Source: Flectonema sp. DT1601 | Taxonomy: Eukaryota | Direction of reading: 5' to 3' | Assembly (NCBI GenBank): GCA_964019425.1 | Contig: OZ025796.1 | Coordinates: forward strand, 1,054,001 to 1,118,000 | DNA: 64,000 nucleotides | Shown here: positions 1 to 11,655 of the stretch, piece by piece | Numbering within the stretch: the first letter of the stretch is position 1 | Layout of the letters: each line of letters starts with the position of its first letter | Notes under the pieces: model-generated | What the model was told of the DNA's origin: nothing | Database searches by the model: none | Seen by the model: only the letters and a program-made list of their open reading frames with translations | Translations under genes and position numbers: made by a program

Positions 1-199
1 TTCATTTTTGACAAACAAAATCCGGATACGGACCGACCCAATCAGACAAAAGGATTAGTCCAGCCCTCCACCAAGTAAGAAAAATGATAGGGGGAAAAGG
101 AAACAGACGTCTTCAAAAGCTGTTAGTTAGTATATGAGTTTATTGTAAAGATAATTGCACCTTAAACAAATAAAATAGTGAAAACACATTACATAAATC

Positions 200-765
200 G
201 TTCTGCTGTTCCATTTTTACGGCAGTGTACAATAAACTTTTTTCTACCTGTCTCCCTTTTTTTTTTTTTTTTTTTTTTTCCTTAAGACTTCACTCAGTGA
301 GTTTTTAGTTTCAATGGTGGTCACCATTGGAAGAAACGATTTGCCACATCTATCTGAGCACTCCAGGACGAGTTAGCAAAATCCAGTAAATATAAATTAT
401 ATTATGAGTTTATTATAAGATACTTTGCACTGATTCAAAATATAACAAAAAAGAAAAGTCATAAAAAACACAATTGTTCTGCTGTTCCATTTTTACGGCA
501 GTGTACAATAAACTTTTTTCTACCTGTCTCCCTTTTTTTTTTTTTTTTTTTTTCCTTAAGACTTCACTCAGTGAGTTTTTAGTTTCAATGGTGGTCACCA
601 TTGGAAGAAACGATTTGCCACATCTATCTGAGCACTCCAGGACGAGTTAGCAAAATCCAGTAAATATAAATTATATTATGAGTTTATTATAAGATACTTT
701 GCACTGATTCAAAATATAACAAAAAAAGAAAAGTCATAAAAAACACAATTGTTCTGCTGTTCCAT
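200..765. repeat. Tandem direct duplication, ~276-bp unit, 2 near-identical copies plus partial/diverged flanking copies
   Basis: ttctgctgttccat starts at ~201, ~477 and ~752; intervening sequences match except in homopolymer lengths; diverged tatgagtttatt..gata..tgcac at ~134-160. Confidence 0.9.
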
Positions 766-1304
766 AAAAACACTTTTTCAGGCCTTAATCTTATACTTCT
801 GGTCTCCCCTTTAGGCCTTCATCAGTAAGTTTTGGGTGACTTCATCGCAGTCATTAAAAAGTTAGTTGGCAAGTCCAGAAAAAAGTGTTTTTGCCTATCG
901 TTCACAAGGAGTAACATATGACATGATGTCCAGTTCCATAACCGATTACACAATACTCTCATTTGAGATAAGATGAAAATCATTAACACAATCACACGAT
1001 ATCTCGAGGGGGGTGAAAAGGGGAAAGGGAAAAGGGATTTGGTGGAGAAACTAACAGAACAATAAAAAGTCTTCAACGCTGCAATGCGTTTTTAGTACTC
1101 ATTCAAAAAGAATGAAAAAAAAAGAAGAAAAAAAAAAGAATGTTAACCTTTTATGAGTTAACATTCCGGTTTGCGGCAGATACAAAACAAAGGTAACGAT
1201 TTCCCAATTACATAAAATACTTGATTGTCACAAGATTGTCTGATGAAGAGTACAAACTCCATTATTATTACTTTTACTACATGTCTTGTTATTTGAATGG
1301 CTGC

Positions 1305-3287
1305 CTACAAGATTCCGTTTGACCATTTTTGAAAGCGATCGTAACCCCTTGCTCTCCTGTTTTTTTTTTTTTTTTTTTTTCGTTTTCTTGGTGAGCAGGT
1401 TATATTATTAACAAAGAAAGAGAAGAAGAATAAAACAAACCAATTATCAACAGACTGGTCAACTGCATCCCGAACCCAAACAGTTAAGTCACCGTCAGGA
1501 CTGAGTCGAGAAGCCAAAGCATCGACTGCAGCTTTTGGATCATTACCGAAGCACGGTAAAAGGGGTCCAGGTATCATCATGTCGACGACTTTAATAATTT
1601 CATCTTTGTGTTTCATCGCTTCTTTGAATGCAGCATAAACCAAAACCCTAAAATACTGAAACATATCACCAGACACACCTCCCATGACATCAACGAATTC
1701 TTGTGATAATTTAAATGGCATCGATTCGAAATTAACTCCTCCAGGGCTGTTGGAGAGCATGAATCCAAAATCAATGTGAACAACTGAACCATCGCGTCGC
1801 AATAGAATATTAGCGTTGTGCCGATCTTTAAGCTGTAGAAGGTAAGACAGGACGCTATAAGCGGCCATTGATTCGACAAAATTACGTTGAGCATCAACAT
1901 AAGCAGCTGATTGTGTATTTCCGTAAGTGAGAATCCAATAATCAGAGAGTGTTCTAACGTCTTCTGGCATTGCTTTCTTAAGACAGTCGATTGAAGTAGC
2001 GTCTGTCACTAATTCAATAATTCCGCTGTCGTTTGATGTTACAACCACTCCGTATGGATGTAGTCGAACAGGTAATGATGCTTCTCTCCAAATCCTATCA
2101 AATGAGCTGATTAATTGCATTGCCAGGACTTCTTGTCTCATATCATCACCACCTTTTATTATAACTGGGAGTACTCCCCATCCTCTTGAATTACCGAATG
2201 GAGATGATTCCTTAATTTCTTTTACAGATTGTGCCCACGAGATGCCAAAGACTTTGTCAAGTTTGGCAGTGACTGATCCAGATTCGAGTGGGGATGGAGA
2301 TTTGCTGCGTTCACGATTGATTAATTGTGAATGAAAATACCTTTCATCAACCATTATATCATCTGTGGATGTTCTTGCTGGGGTATCGCTGTCGGTGTCG
2401 GCGCCGTTTTCATCGTTTCCTTCTTCGTTGTTATCAGTTGCCTGAGTAATTGATTCGTTTTGTTGAATTGCAGGAGGATCATGAGGAGCACCCCCCTCAA
2501 CATATTCAATATAAATTAAATATGGAGCTCTCTCACGAGAGTTTAAGACTCTGCTCTTTGATGCAGGTATCCTCACAGCCCTTTGGAACTCTACATCAGA
2601 AGACCCAAGTGGGATGTTGATTGCAAATTTTGGAAGGCTGGCTGAAAGATGTCCCAAATCTTGAACGAGTTTTGCTTGTCTTTCTGATCTCGGATATTTT
2701 CTCAATTGTAAAGACAACTCTGTGATCTGTTGAATAAATGTTGTTACCCTGTTGTAATATTCACATAATCGATCTTTAGCTAACACCTCTTGCTCTACCT
2801 CCTCAGGTGTTTCCATAACTGGTTTCTTAGCTGATCGCAGAGCCCTGTTTATGGCGGCTATCTCAATCTGTTCTCGTAAGTTTACTCTCTTCGCCCTGTC
2901 GGCAGAGTGATCACTCTCAAGATACCAAATCATTTTCAAAGCAAAATTTATACTCTTTGCGCTACTTGTTAATACGTACTGTTCCACTACAGGAAGTGGT
3001 GTTGTATTCCAACACAGTAGGCACATCAATTGAGGTATAAACTGCTCTACCTCAACTAAAGGATAAGAGTGTAGTTTGTTTACTAGGTACTCAAGAATTC
3101 CTGATTCCTTATTTTTATAAGTAAATATGTATGTGACACACATTCTAGCATTGAAATGTTCACTCTCGAATAGTCTTGTTAACCCATCGATACCACCAGA
3201 TGGTGATGGTATTGGTGAGCGCGATACTGACGATGATTCAGAAGGCGGCGCTGAGTTGCTTTTTCCTGTTGGAACGCTCGATGTCAT
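1305..3287 (-). CDS. PI4KB: Phosphatidylinositol 4-kinase III beta (Pik1-like); 84-nt intron at 1357-1440
   Basis: Motifs IIKGGDDMRQEVLAMQ, LKDRHNANIL, HIDFGF and C-terminal YDRFQKWSNGIL. The FFFSFF..KKKKK stretch in the ORF is an in-frame GTTTGT..(A)nCAG intron; splicing gives DNW-RARGYD. Confidence 0.93.
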   Translation of the reverse strand: MTSSVPTGKSNSAPPSESSSVSRSPIPSPSGGIDGLTRLFESEHFNARMCVTYIFTYKNKESGILEYLVNKLHSYPLVEVEQFIPQLMCLLCWNTTPLPVVEQYVLTSSAKSINFALKMIWYLESDHSADRAKRVNLREQIEIAAINRALRSAKKPVMETPEEVEQEVLAKDRLCEYYNRVTTFIQQITELSLQLRKYPRSERQAKLVQDLGHLSASLPKFAINIPLGSSDVEFQRAVRIPASKSRVLNSRERAPYLIYIEYVEGGAPHDPPAIQQNESITQATDNNEEGNDENGADTDSDTPARTSTDDIMVDERYFHSQLINRERSKSPSPLESGSVTAKLDKVFGISWAQSVKEIKESSPFGNSRGWGVLPVIIKGGDDMRQEVLAMQLISSFDRIWREASLPVRLHPYGVVVTSNDSGIIELVTDATSIDCLKKAMPEDVRTLSDYWILTYGNTQSAAYVDAQRNFVESMAAYSVLSYLLQLKDRHNANILLRRDGSVVHIDFGFMLSNSPGGVNFESMPFKLSQEFVDVMGGVSGDMFQYFRVLVYAAFKEAMKHKDEIIKVVDMMIPGPLLPCFGNDPKAAVDALASRLSPDGDLTVWVRDAVDQSVDNWFVLFFFSFFVNNITCSPRKRKKKKKKNRRARGYDRFQKWSNGIL

Positions 3288-4330
3288 CCCACCTTCTTTA
3301 ACCAGGTTCTGAGTGGAGGGGGAGAAAACATAATAATAACAATTAACATAACAAATATATTACTTCCATCTCATGCTTGTCTATTCGATTTTTTTTTCAA
3401 ATTTTCTGAAAATGTAAATATTTTTTTAACTAAAATGACAATCACAACAACCATATCAAGAATAACATAACTTCACAAGGCGGTGGAATTCTTAAAGGGG
3501 AAATCGGGACAAGAGAGTCGAGAGGTATTAAAACAGTCTATGGGTTTTGTTTTTATATTTTTTTTTTTTTTTTTTTTTTTGACACGTGGAATAGTGAGAG
3601 TGGGTACAGTCTACACAACTTGTTCAAAAAGCACCCTATAACGGATACAAAAACAACATTGTATTATTTAAGGGGGAAAAGAAATACAGGGAAATAGCCA
3701 ACTTTTTTAAAAAAGCACAAAAAAAAAAAAAAGATACAAATCACAGCAGGAGGGTAATTTGACAAATCACAGCAGGAGGGGGGACTTGGATAAATAAATC
3801 AAGGTTAACTGCAGGAGGGGGGGGGTTAACTGTTTTGAACATATCAAAGTTAACTAACATTTAACAATTAGTAATTTATGAGATAATTAAGTACATTGTG
3901 ATGATAGTAACCTGCATACATGTATCTTTATTCCGTATGTTGTCATTCAGTGCAAGCAAATACGGAATCGTGTTACTTAATTAACTTAAATAATCATAAA
4001 AAGGATAATTTGGTTGATTTTGTAAAAATACAACTGTATAAGATTATAACACATAAAAACGGAAAAAATCGATATCGGTTAAAAACAGTACAGTGACTAT
4101 GGTGATGGAAGAGGAACAGAGGGGGGTGGAAAAAAAAAAAAAAAAAAAAAAAAAAATACTACTAACTCTTGACAGTAGACTAAAGGAGGGGCTTTACCCA
4201 ATACCAATAGCCACCCGTCTAAAACACAATTATGTTTTCACATAAATAAGTCAGGCGACATACTGATTAAACAGCCGCTTTTAATACATACATACAGAAG
4301 GCATATTTTATGCTATGAATTTAAAGACCG

Positions 4331-4365
<35 letters not shown>

Positions 4366-4923
4366 ATATAAATTTGATTGATTCCAAATAGTTCGTCTTC
4401 ATCTACGATTTGGTTCGATGTTTTTTCTTAAAAAACGTTTTGGAAAAACGTCGTCAGACACAACAAGTTTTTAAAAAAAACTATTCAGATAAACCTTAGT
4501 ACATATTTTGTTGATCGCCAGACAGTTTTATTGGCGGTACAGAGGAAAATAAAGAACCGGCTCTTAATCTGAATAATTTCTTCCCCGACATTGTCGGTGC
4601 TATATTAAAAAAAAAAATAGAGGAATAATGGGGTTGCCATGGCAATCCAGTCGTCGCTAGCACCATCTCACGTAGTTAGCTTCGCCCACTGAGAAAAACA
4701 GGTTATGAATTGCTCAAGACGACGGCCACTCAGGTAATCCACATGCAAAACAGTAAACAAAAAGAAAGAGAAAAAAAAATAGGGGGAAAATAACAGATGA
4801 AAAAAATCTAAAGGGGGGTGAGAGGGGTTGGTAACTAAAGGCAAATAGGAATACAGCTGTTGGAAGGGTAAAATAAAAAAACAGATAAAGTGGATATGCG
4901 AAAACAGTTCGAAGGAACCCGAT

Positions 4924-6924
4924 CTACGATGATACCTATTATTATTGTTGTCGTTGTTTTGGTTTTCGTTTTTTTTATTTTTTTGAATCATAAAAACAAA
5001 AGGGATAAACAATACATACCTTTAGAGTTAACCACTGTTCAAGTGCCTGTGATAATAAAGTATTATCTGACACAGTTGTACAAAGAGTAACAACTTCTGG
5101 TCTCGAATGACATGCAAGAAGACGAGCCTTTGTACGTACATCAGTAAATGAAAGTGAGAGTAACTTCTGAACAACACCCTGAAACGATTCCTCATTACCA
5201 GACATCCGAGGTGAAGGGGGACACTCCCCAGAAGGACTAGCCGCGAGGTATCTTGTAACTGGTGATGGAGATCGACAATGAAACCCATGAGTTGGAGGTC
5301 TTCCTGCTAATTGATTACTTTGAACACCTCTTGGAGAAGGTGGAACAGTACTTCCTCCTTGAGATAAACTACTCGAAGTCAGACCGTTGCTATTTGAAGA
5401 TGTGAAATTAGATGAGCGATTGCCGTCACTTCCCCGACTCTGATGCGACCAGTTCTGACCACCCGGCGATTGAACTGCTCTCGGAGTCGTTGGAACAGTT
5501 GTTTGAGCAGCTGGTTGCTGATTTTGTTGAGGCTTAGGCTGCTGCTGTTGCTGCTGCTGCTGCTGTTGTTGTTGTTGTTGTTGCTGTTGTTGTTGTTGTT
5601 GTTGTTGCTGCTGCTGCTGCTGCTGCTGTAAGACTTGCTGTTGTTGTTGTTGTTGTTGAAAGACAGCCTGTCCATTAGTAGCCGTCGGGGTATTATTTGA
5701 TGTCGTCCCTCTCGGTGTTTGTTGTTGAACATATTGAAGGTTGTTAGAACCACTACCAGTACTTCCATTATTATTAGTAACATCAATCCGCTGTTGATGT
5801 TGCTGTTGTTGTGACCCTCTTGGAGTTGGAGGTGTTCTCGGGGTTGCTAACTTCTGTGGAGTAATAACGCCAAGCCTACCCGGCATTTCATGTTTACGTC
5901 GAGGGGGAGTAGCTGCTCTCTTTGGTGGTGTTGCAGTCCTAATGTTACTTCTGGCAGTGGGTGTTGGCTGCTGATTCTGTTGGTCGACATGTCGTTGAGC
6001 TGAAGGTGTTGCTACCCTTTCAGTTCTTTCTACGGTATTTCCTCTTTGATGATGATGTTGTTGTTGTTGTTGTTGTTGTTGATTACTACCAGAGCTTCCA
6101 GGGACTGCAGTCTGAACAACATCTTCATCACCTCCCCAAGTATTAGCAATCTGTTTTAATACATCTGAAGCAGATGGTCGATCTTGAGGTCGTCTTCTGA
6201 GCATTGAAGTTATTAATTTAGCCATCTGACGACTGTATCCGTGTTTTAGTACTTCTCTACCAATGTCTTCGAGTACTGAAGACTCACTGTGAAGTACTTC
6301 AACGTTTGCTGGTCGTTGCCGAAGAGTGCAAAGCTCTAGAAAAACGATTCCTAGATTCCAGATATCAACCTTTGTAGTGTACTTACGTTGTAACATAATT
6401 TCTGGAGCAAAGTAGAAAGGAGTTCCAACAACAGTCTGCTGTCCCATTGGAGACATTAGTGTCGATAATCCAAAGTCACCAACCTTTATTGTTCCATTTT
6501 GATCAAATAAAATATTTGCAGCTTTAATGTCTCTATGACAAAAACCAGATTTATGCATAAATTCCAATGCCGTCAATACTTGTTTCATATATCTTACTGC
6601 GTGTCGTTCTTTAAAGGTTTCTCTGTTCTGTTTGTATTCTCTCATCTTGCTGTGGAGATCTCCTTTTGAGCAATACTCCATGATTAGGCATAGGTAAAGA
6701 CCTGCCTTTCCTTGATGAAGAAATGTGCCTTCGTATTTTATAATGTTTGGGTGTTTCAGCCAACCCATTACTTCAGCTTCCTTTGTTGCGAGTTCAACAG
6801 TCTCCTGGTCTACGCAAAGAATCATTTTACATACAAGTTCTCTGCCTGTTGTTTTGCTTCGAACTTTGTACACCTTGCCCTGACCCCCCTCACCGAGTTT
6901 TGCCACCCTTTCATACTTATCCAT
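4924..6924 (-). CDS. NEK/NIMA-like Ser/Thr protein kinase with polyQ low-complexity tail; intron 4936-5019
   Basis: MDKYERVAKLGEGGQG, HRDIKAANIL, KVGDFG, GTPFYFAPE. Start chosen at MDKY (ORF track starts at 6984). GTATGT donor at 5019 and TAG acceptor at 4936 give ...LTLK-VSS*. Confidence 0.88.
5538..5657 (-). repeat. CAG/CAA trinucleotide repeat encoding a long polyQ in the kinase tail
   Basis: (ctg/ttg)n on + strand; ~40 Gln in the translated ORF, interrupted by VL. Confidence 0.95.
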
Positions 6925-7413
6925 CTTTTGGGGTGGACTGTCAGTGATAAAGTAACACAATGAAGTTAGTGAATCTGATTGCATTAGTTGTTTGAAATAG
7001 AGTACAAGATCTTTACAGAATGTTTCTCATTGCATGTCATCTGTTTATAGGAAGAAGTGTTTTTTTATTTTATTTTTTTGTTCTTCTCACAGCATATCGT
7101 AACAAGAAATATATCCTCACTCAAAAAGAAAAGTGTATTTTTACAAAAAAAATAATAACAAAAAAAAAAAAAAAAAAGAGGATGTATTTGTATACACTAT
7201 GGTTGTGTATGTAGTACAAAATAATTAATGTACTTTGGTTTTGAGGCGATGCTTGTGCAGCAACGCTCTCACCACCTTGGATAGGATACCGTCAGAAGAA
7301 AGGTATTCTACGGGGAGAAGTCAACTATTTGAGTGTTTTGCATATGCTGAGGTTGTGCCAACTTCCAGACGGTGACTCAAGATACTTCCTTACAAGTAAC
7401 AATAACTAGTCTC

Positions 7414-10255
7414 TCAAGGGTCAATTGCATTGCAGAAGTGCACGTAGTTTACGAACCCGTTGCTGGTCTGTAATTAGTGTTGTTTTGTTTTGTTTTGTTA
7501 TTCCAAACTATCTTCACAACAATACAATACATACCTCGTAACGGTGAATTATATGTTCACTCTCTTCAGGTGTTAGTCGGAGCTGCAGTTTGTCAAGGGC
7601 AGCAGTGAATTGGTTAGCAGAGACGTATCCTTTTCTTATTTTATCAAAATCCAAGAAAGTTGGTTTTGGTAAAATCCTGCGAGTTCTGGTCAACGTTCGA
7701 AGCCTGTCTAAGAGTGATTCGACGAGAGCTGTTTCTGTTTCCGAGAGGGGATGCCTATCACTCTTCAGTGGATGTGATGAACTTGGTTTGTAAGGAACTT
7801 TTGTCATTCCAGGATTCTTTTCTAAGTGTCGGTCTAAAGAATCCGGAGACACCTCATCAGAGAATCGAATATAATCAACTCCTCCACGTTGTTCGCACAT
7901 GAATTCATTTTCAAGCATCTGTAGTTTTTTCTCGCTCAATCGCATACCAGAACCGTCAATCCCGGTACGGAACTTACTCTTAGGCACGACACCCTTTCTT
8001 AGTTTGTCTGCGTATGTGAAAAAGTCTCGGACCCTAATCGAGTCTTTTACTACTTTACTTCTGATTTCTTCGAGAAGGGTTTCAACAGTACATTCTTGGT
8101 CTGGTTCACTAAAACCAAACCTGACGGGCAGGCGATGTGATGCAGCTGATTGATTTTGAAGTTGAGTTTGAGTAAGTGCTGTTGTGCTTTCAGTCTCATC
8201 AATATCTCTAATTAGTTTTCTATAACAGACATCTCTAGTCCGAGGGTCTTGATAGTACTCAGTCAAGACTTGAATCTCAGTCTGTAGTAGTGGGAGACCA
8301 TGTCTTGCAAGAGACTGAGCCAATCTTGTGACTGTAATCTGACCAGTATTGTGGACATCAAAATCTTTGAAAAACGGAGGCAGTAGAATACCTCTGGTTC
8401 GAACAACTTCTCTCAGTTTTTCTAATATTTTTATCATTTCCGGTGATTTCATTGTTGCATTCTGAGGAGCAGCTGGTACACAATTCGTCGACTCATTAGA
8501 AAGTGTTTGCTTTCCATTCGACATGTCAACAGCATTGCAGAAGGTAGTCCACCTAACGTAATTCTTTCTCTTTTCAGAAGCGAATTCCTTCACAAGAATG
8601 ACCAACTCAGGAGGATCTAACTTGATTCCAGCCATACTTAAACCTGATGCGAATTGTTCTTCAACAATCAACCCAGATCGTAACTTGTCGAAGTCCCTTA
8701 AGAATTCAGAAATTCTAATCCGCTGAGTGACAACTTGTGACTTGATGTCTCGCATCACTTCTTCGAGTGACAGAATACCCGTCTTTCCCTGTCGTATAAA
8801 TGGTTTTTGTGGAACAGCATTAGTAGTTGTAATGAATTCAATATCAGCTGACTTAGATGTAGAATCCTCCTCCAGATGATTACAAAACAGAACATAATTA
8901 ACTGAATCAGGGCCTCTTGGAGTCGCATATTTCCTCTCAAGAAGTTCATACTCTGCTTCCGATAGGTTTATGTTGTTAAGCGCCAGGACTCTTTCAAACC
9001 TTCGTCGAGATGTTGCTCTAGTTTGGTATATTCCCATAGTAGCTCTGTCAAAGTCTTGAAATGACGGTTTTAAAAGAATTCGTCTACTTTTTACTAAAGA
9101 CTTTATACCTTCCATAATACATGCGACTCTAGACTCGTCTTGTTCTGAAAGTGTTACAGTTGTCGGATTGTTACGATGTTCTTCAGGATTAAGTTCCATT
9201 GTCAAGGAAGGATCTTTCTCCATATTAGGAGTGGTAAAAGCACTCTCCATCTCAGTTACGAAAGCTGTATAGGCAATTTTTTCAAATCCTTGAGAATCCT
9301 TAACTGCATAACGACCACATAAAAGCCCAAGAGTGTGCTCCGTAAGCGGCAATCTCTGAAGACGAAGTTGCCCCAACGATGCTCTAAATTGACCAGGTGT
9401 GATAAACCCAGTTCTTAACCGATCATAGTCACGCATTGTACTCGACATTCTAATACGACTTTGTTTAATCTGTCTCCTCAAATCAACAATAATGTGTTCA
9501 ACATCTATAGAAGGCGTTTGATTAGATGCTTTCTGAGGGACAGGAACTGCTTGAATGTCCTGTCTTTGCCCAGCCTGCGAATCGAATCTTTCAACCTCTT
9601 GAATCCATCTCAAGTAGTTAACGCCATCAGTTGCCTTGTCGGTATATTTTTTTATAATAATTTGAAGGTTCTTGGCGTCAACTTTAAATGGCAAAGCTCG
9701 TTCGAATTGAGGTGCTCTAATCTTTCCCGATCTGTGTTTATCGAAGTCCATAAAACATGTTTTTAAAACCAACCCATGAGCCTTAGTCTCCGCAGCGAAT
9801 GAAGCATTAAGTTTGTCGAGTGTGTTTTGTTCATCATCTGTTAGTTTGTTTGTTGTTTTTTGTAGAATTGATGAGACGAGGTTAGTACTTGTGATGCTGG
9901 TTGGATCTTTCTCGAGTCTCTTTTTAGTAAAAACTTCATCTACTTCCTCACAAAAAGCTGAGTAGTTGATCCGCTGGACATCCCTCGCTGGATAGACTTT
10001 GAATATTATTTCGTATTCTGCTTCTGAGATCAGACTTGTTAACCCTGACATGTGCATTGCTCGTTTAAATCTTTCTTTAGTGACTGAACCAGATCTCGAC
10101 TTGTCAAAATCGTGTAAGAATTGTTCTATCCGTATCCGTTGTTGCCAACAGTGAAGTCGAATTCGTTTTACGGCTTCATTATATATTTCTGTTTCATCAG
10201 CAGTTGCTTCCGAGGGGAGTCTACGATCAGCTGTTCTGAGCATCGTTGAAGTCAT
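7414..10255 (-). CDS. Multi-EF-hand repeat protein (EFCAB6/CFAP115-like, probably flagellar); intron 7468-7534
   Basis: About 8 repeats of RIRIxxF/LxDFDKxRxGx(I/V)TxxQF...VNYxxF. The spliced last exon TSNGFVNYVHFCNAIDP* completes the final EF-hand pair. Confidence 0.8.
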
Positions 10256-11655
10256 GTTGTTATCCCCTTACAGCTCTGTTAAGAATAAGTGATACAAGCA
10301 GTAGTTCGTTTTTTTTTTTTTTAAATCAAGATGAATAGGTCTTCCCCCCTGAACCCATAATCTTTGATTTCTCGTTTCAGGAGTTAGTGCTGTCTTCATG
10401 ATGAAACTACCTGTCTTAAAATAGAGAAAATATAAACTGAGATTTTGTGTTTTTTTCTTTTTTTGTTTTTTTTTTGCTTCGCCAGGGGGCAAAAAAAAAA
10501 AAAAAAAGTTCACTCTCTCACAACGAGTAGCTTCTAAAGAATCTTTTAACCCGCACCTCACTCTGAAGGTTGAGGGTTGCGCTAAAATAAGCGATTACAC
10601 CTAAGGGTTAGGGCCAGTAAGCTTCATTCAAGCAGACAAGTGATAGGTGGTTATATTTCTTACTTTTTTAAAAGGTTTTGTCAACCACGATTTCTTGATC
10701 CATAATTAACTGGACAAAAAAAAAAAAAAGGAGAAAAAAAAAAAAAGAAAAAAGCTGTTTTTTTTTTTTTTACTATGGAAATTGATTAAGCATCTGATCT
10801 TTTATTTCTGCAAAGAAAAATATAACACCAAACAAAATAAAAAAAATTTAAAAAATAAAATAAAAAAAGCAATTTTCCAGAACATAGCCAGCTCATATCA
10901 CAGAGAAACAATTACCGGAAATTCTTTTTTTTCTTTTTTTTTTTTTTTTTTTTTTTTTTTGTTGCTGGGATGGGGAATCTCTTTTCCCCCTCACGTGAGT
11001 TAATGTGTCTTAACCACGAGTTACAGAATGCTTTAAAAAAAAGTTAAAAGAAAAAGATGGCGAAGTAAAATTAAGTAGGGGAAATAAGAAACCCAATATA
11101 TGTAAGAGAGAAAGGGGTATGGGGTAAAAAAAATAAAAAATAAAAAAACAATAATAATAACCACGTAACATAGAATAACAAATGAAACAGAAACTCAACC
11201 TCAATTATCGCTTTTCGTTCAAGTTCTTTTTTTTTTTTTTTTTCCCCTAATCGGGTTACTAAGGTGCCGAATTAGTAAAACATGACTTTTTTTTTTTTTT
11301 CTTTCTTTTTTTTTTTTTTTTTCCTTCTCCTTTTCTTGTTGTTCAAAAACCAGAACAACACCACAACAAACATCAAATAGAGGGAACCCTGTCTAGATGA
11401 TAAAAAAATAGAGAAAAAAAAAATAATAATAATAATAATAACAATAAGAAAAAAAAAAAGGGTAAGCAAAGCACCTGAAGAAACAAGATAAAAAAAAAAA
11501 ATAATAATTAAAAAAATCAACTGAAAAAAAAAGGCTTGAAACCTTGCATACACAAAACGCTATGAGCCTCTGAAACACAACGAAAGACAGCTCTTTTCGA
11601 GCTGCGCTCAGAAATTCGTTTTGCGAATGAAATAAAAAGTTAAGACAAAAAACCA

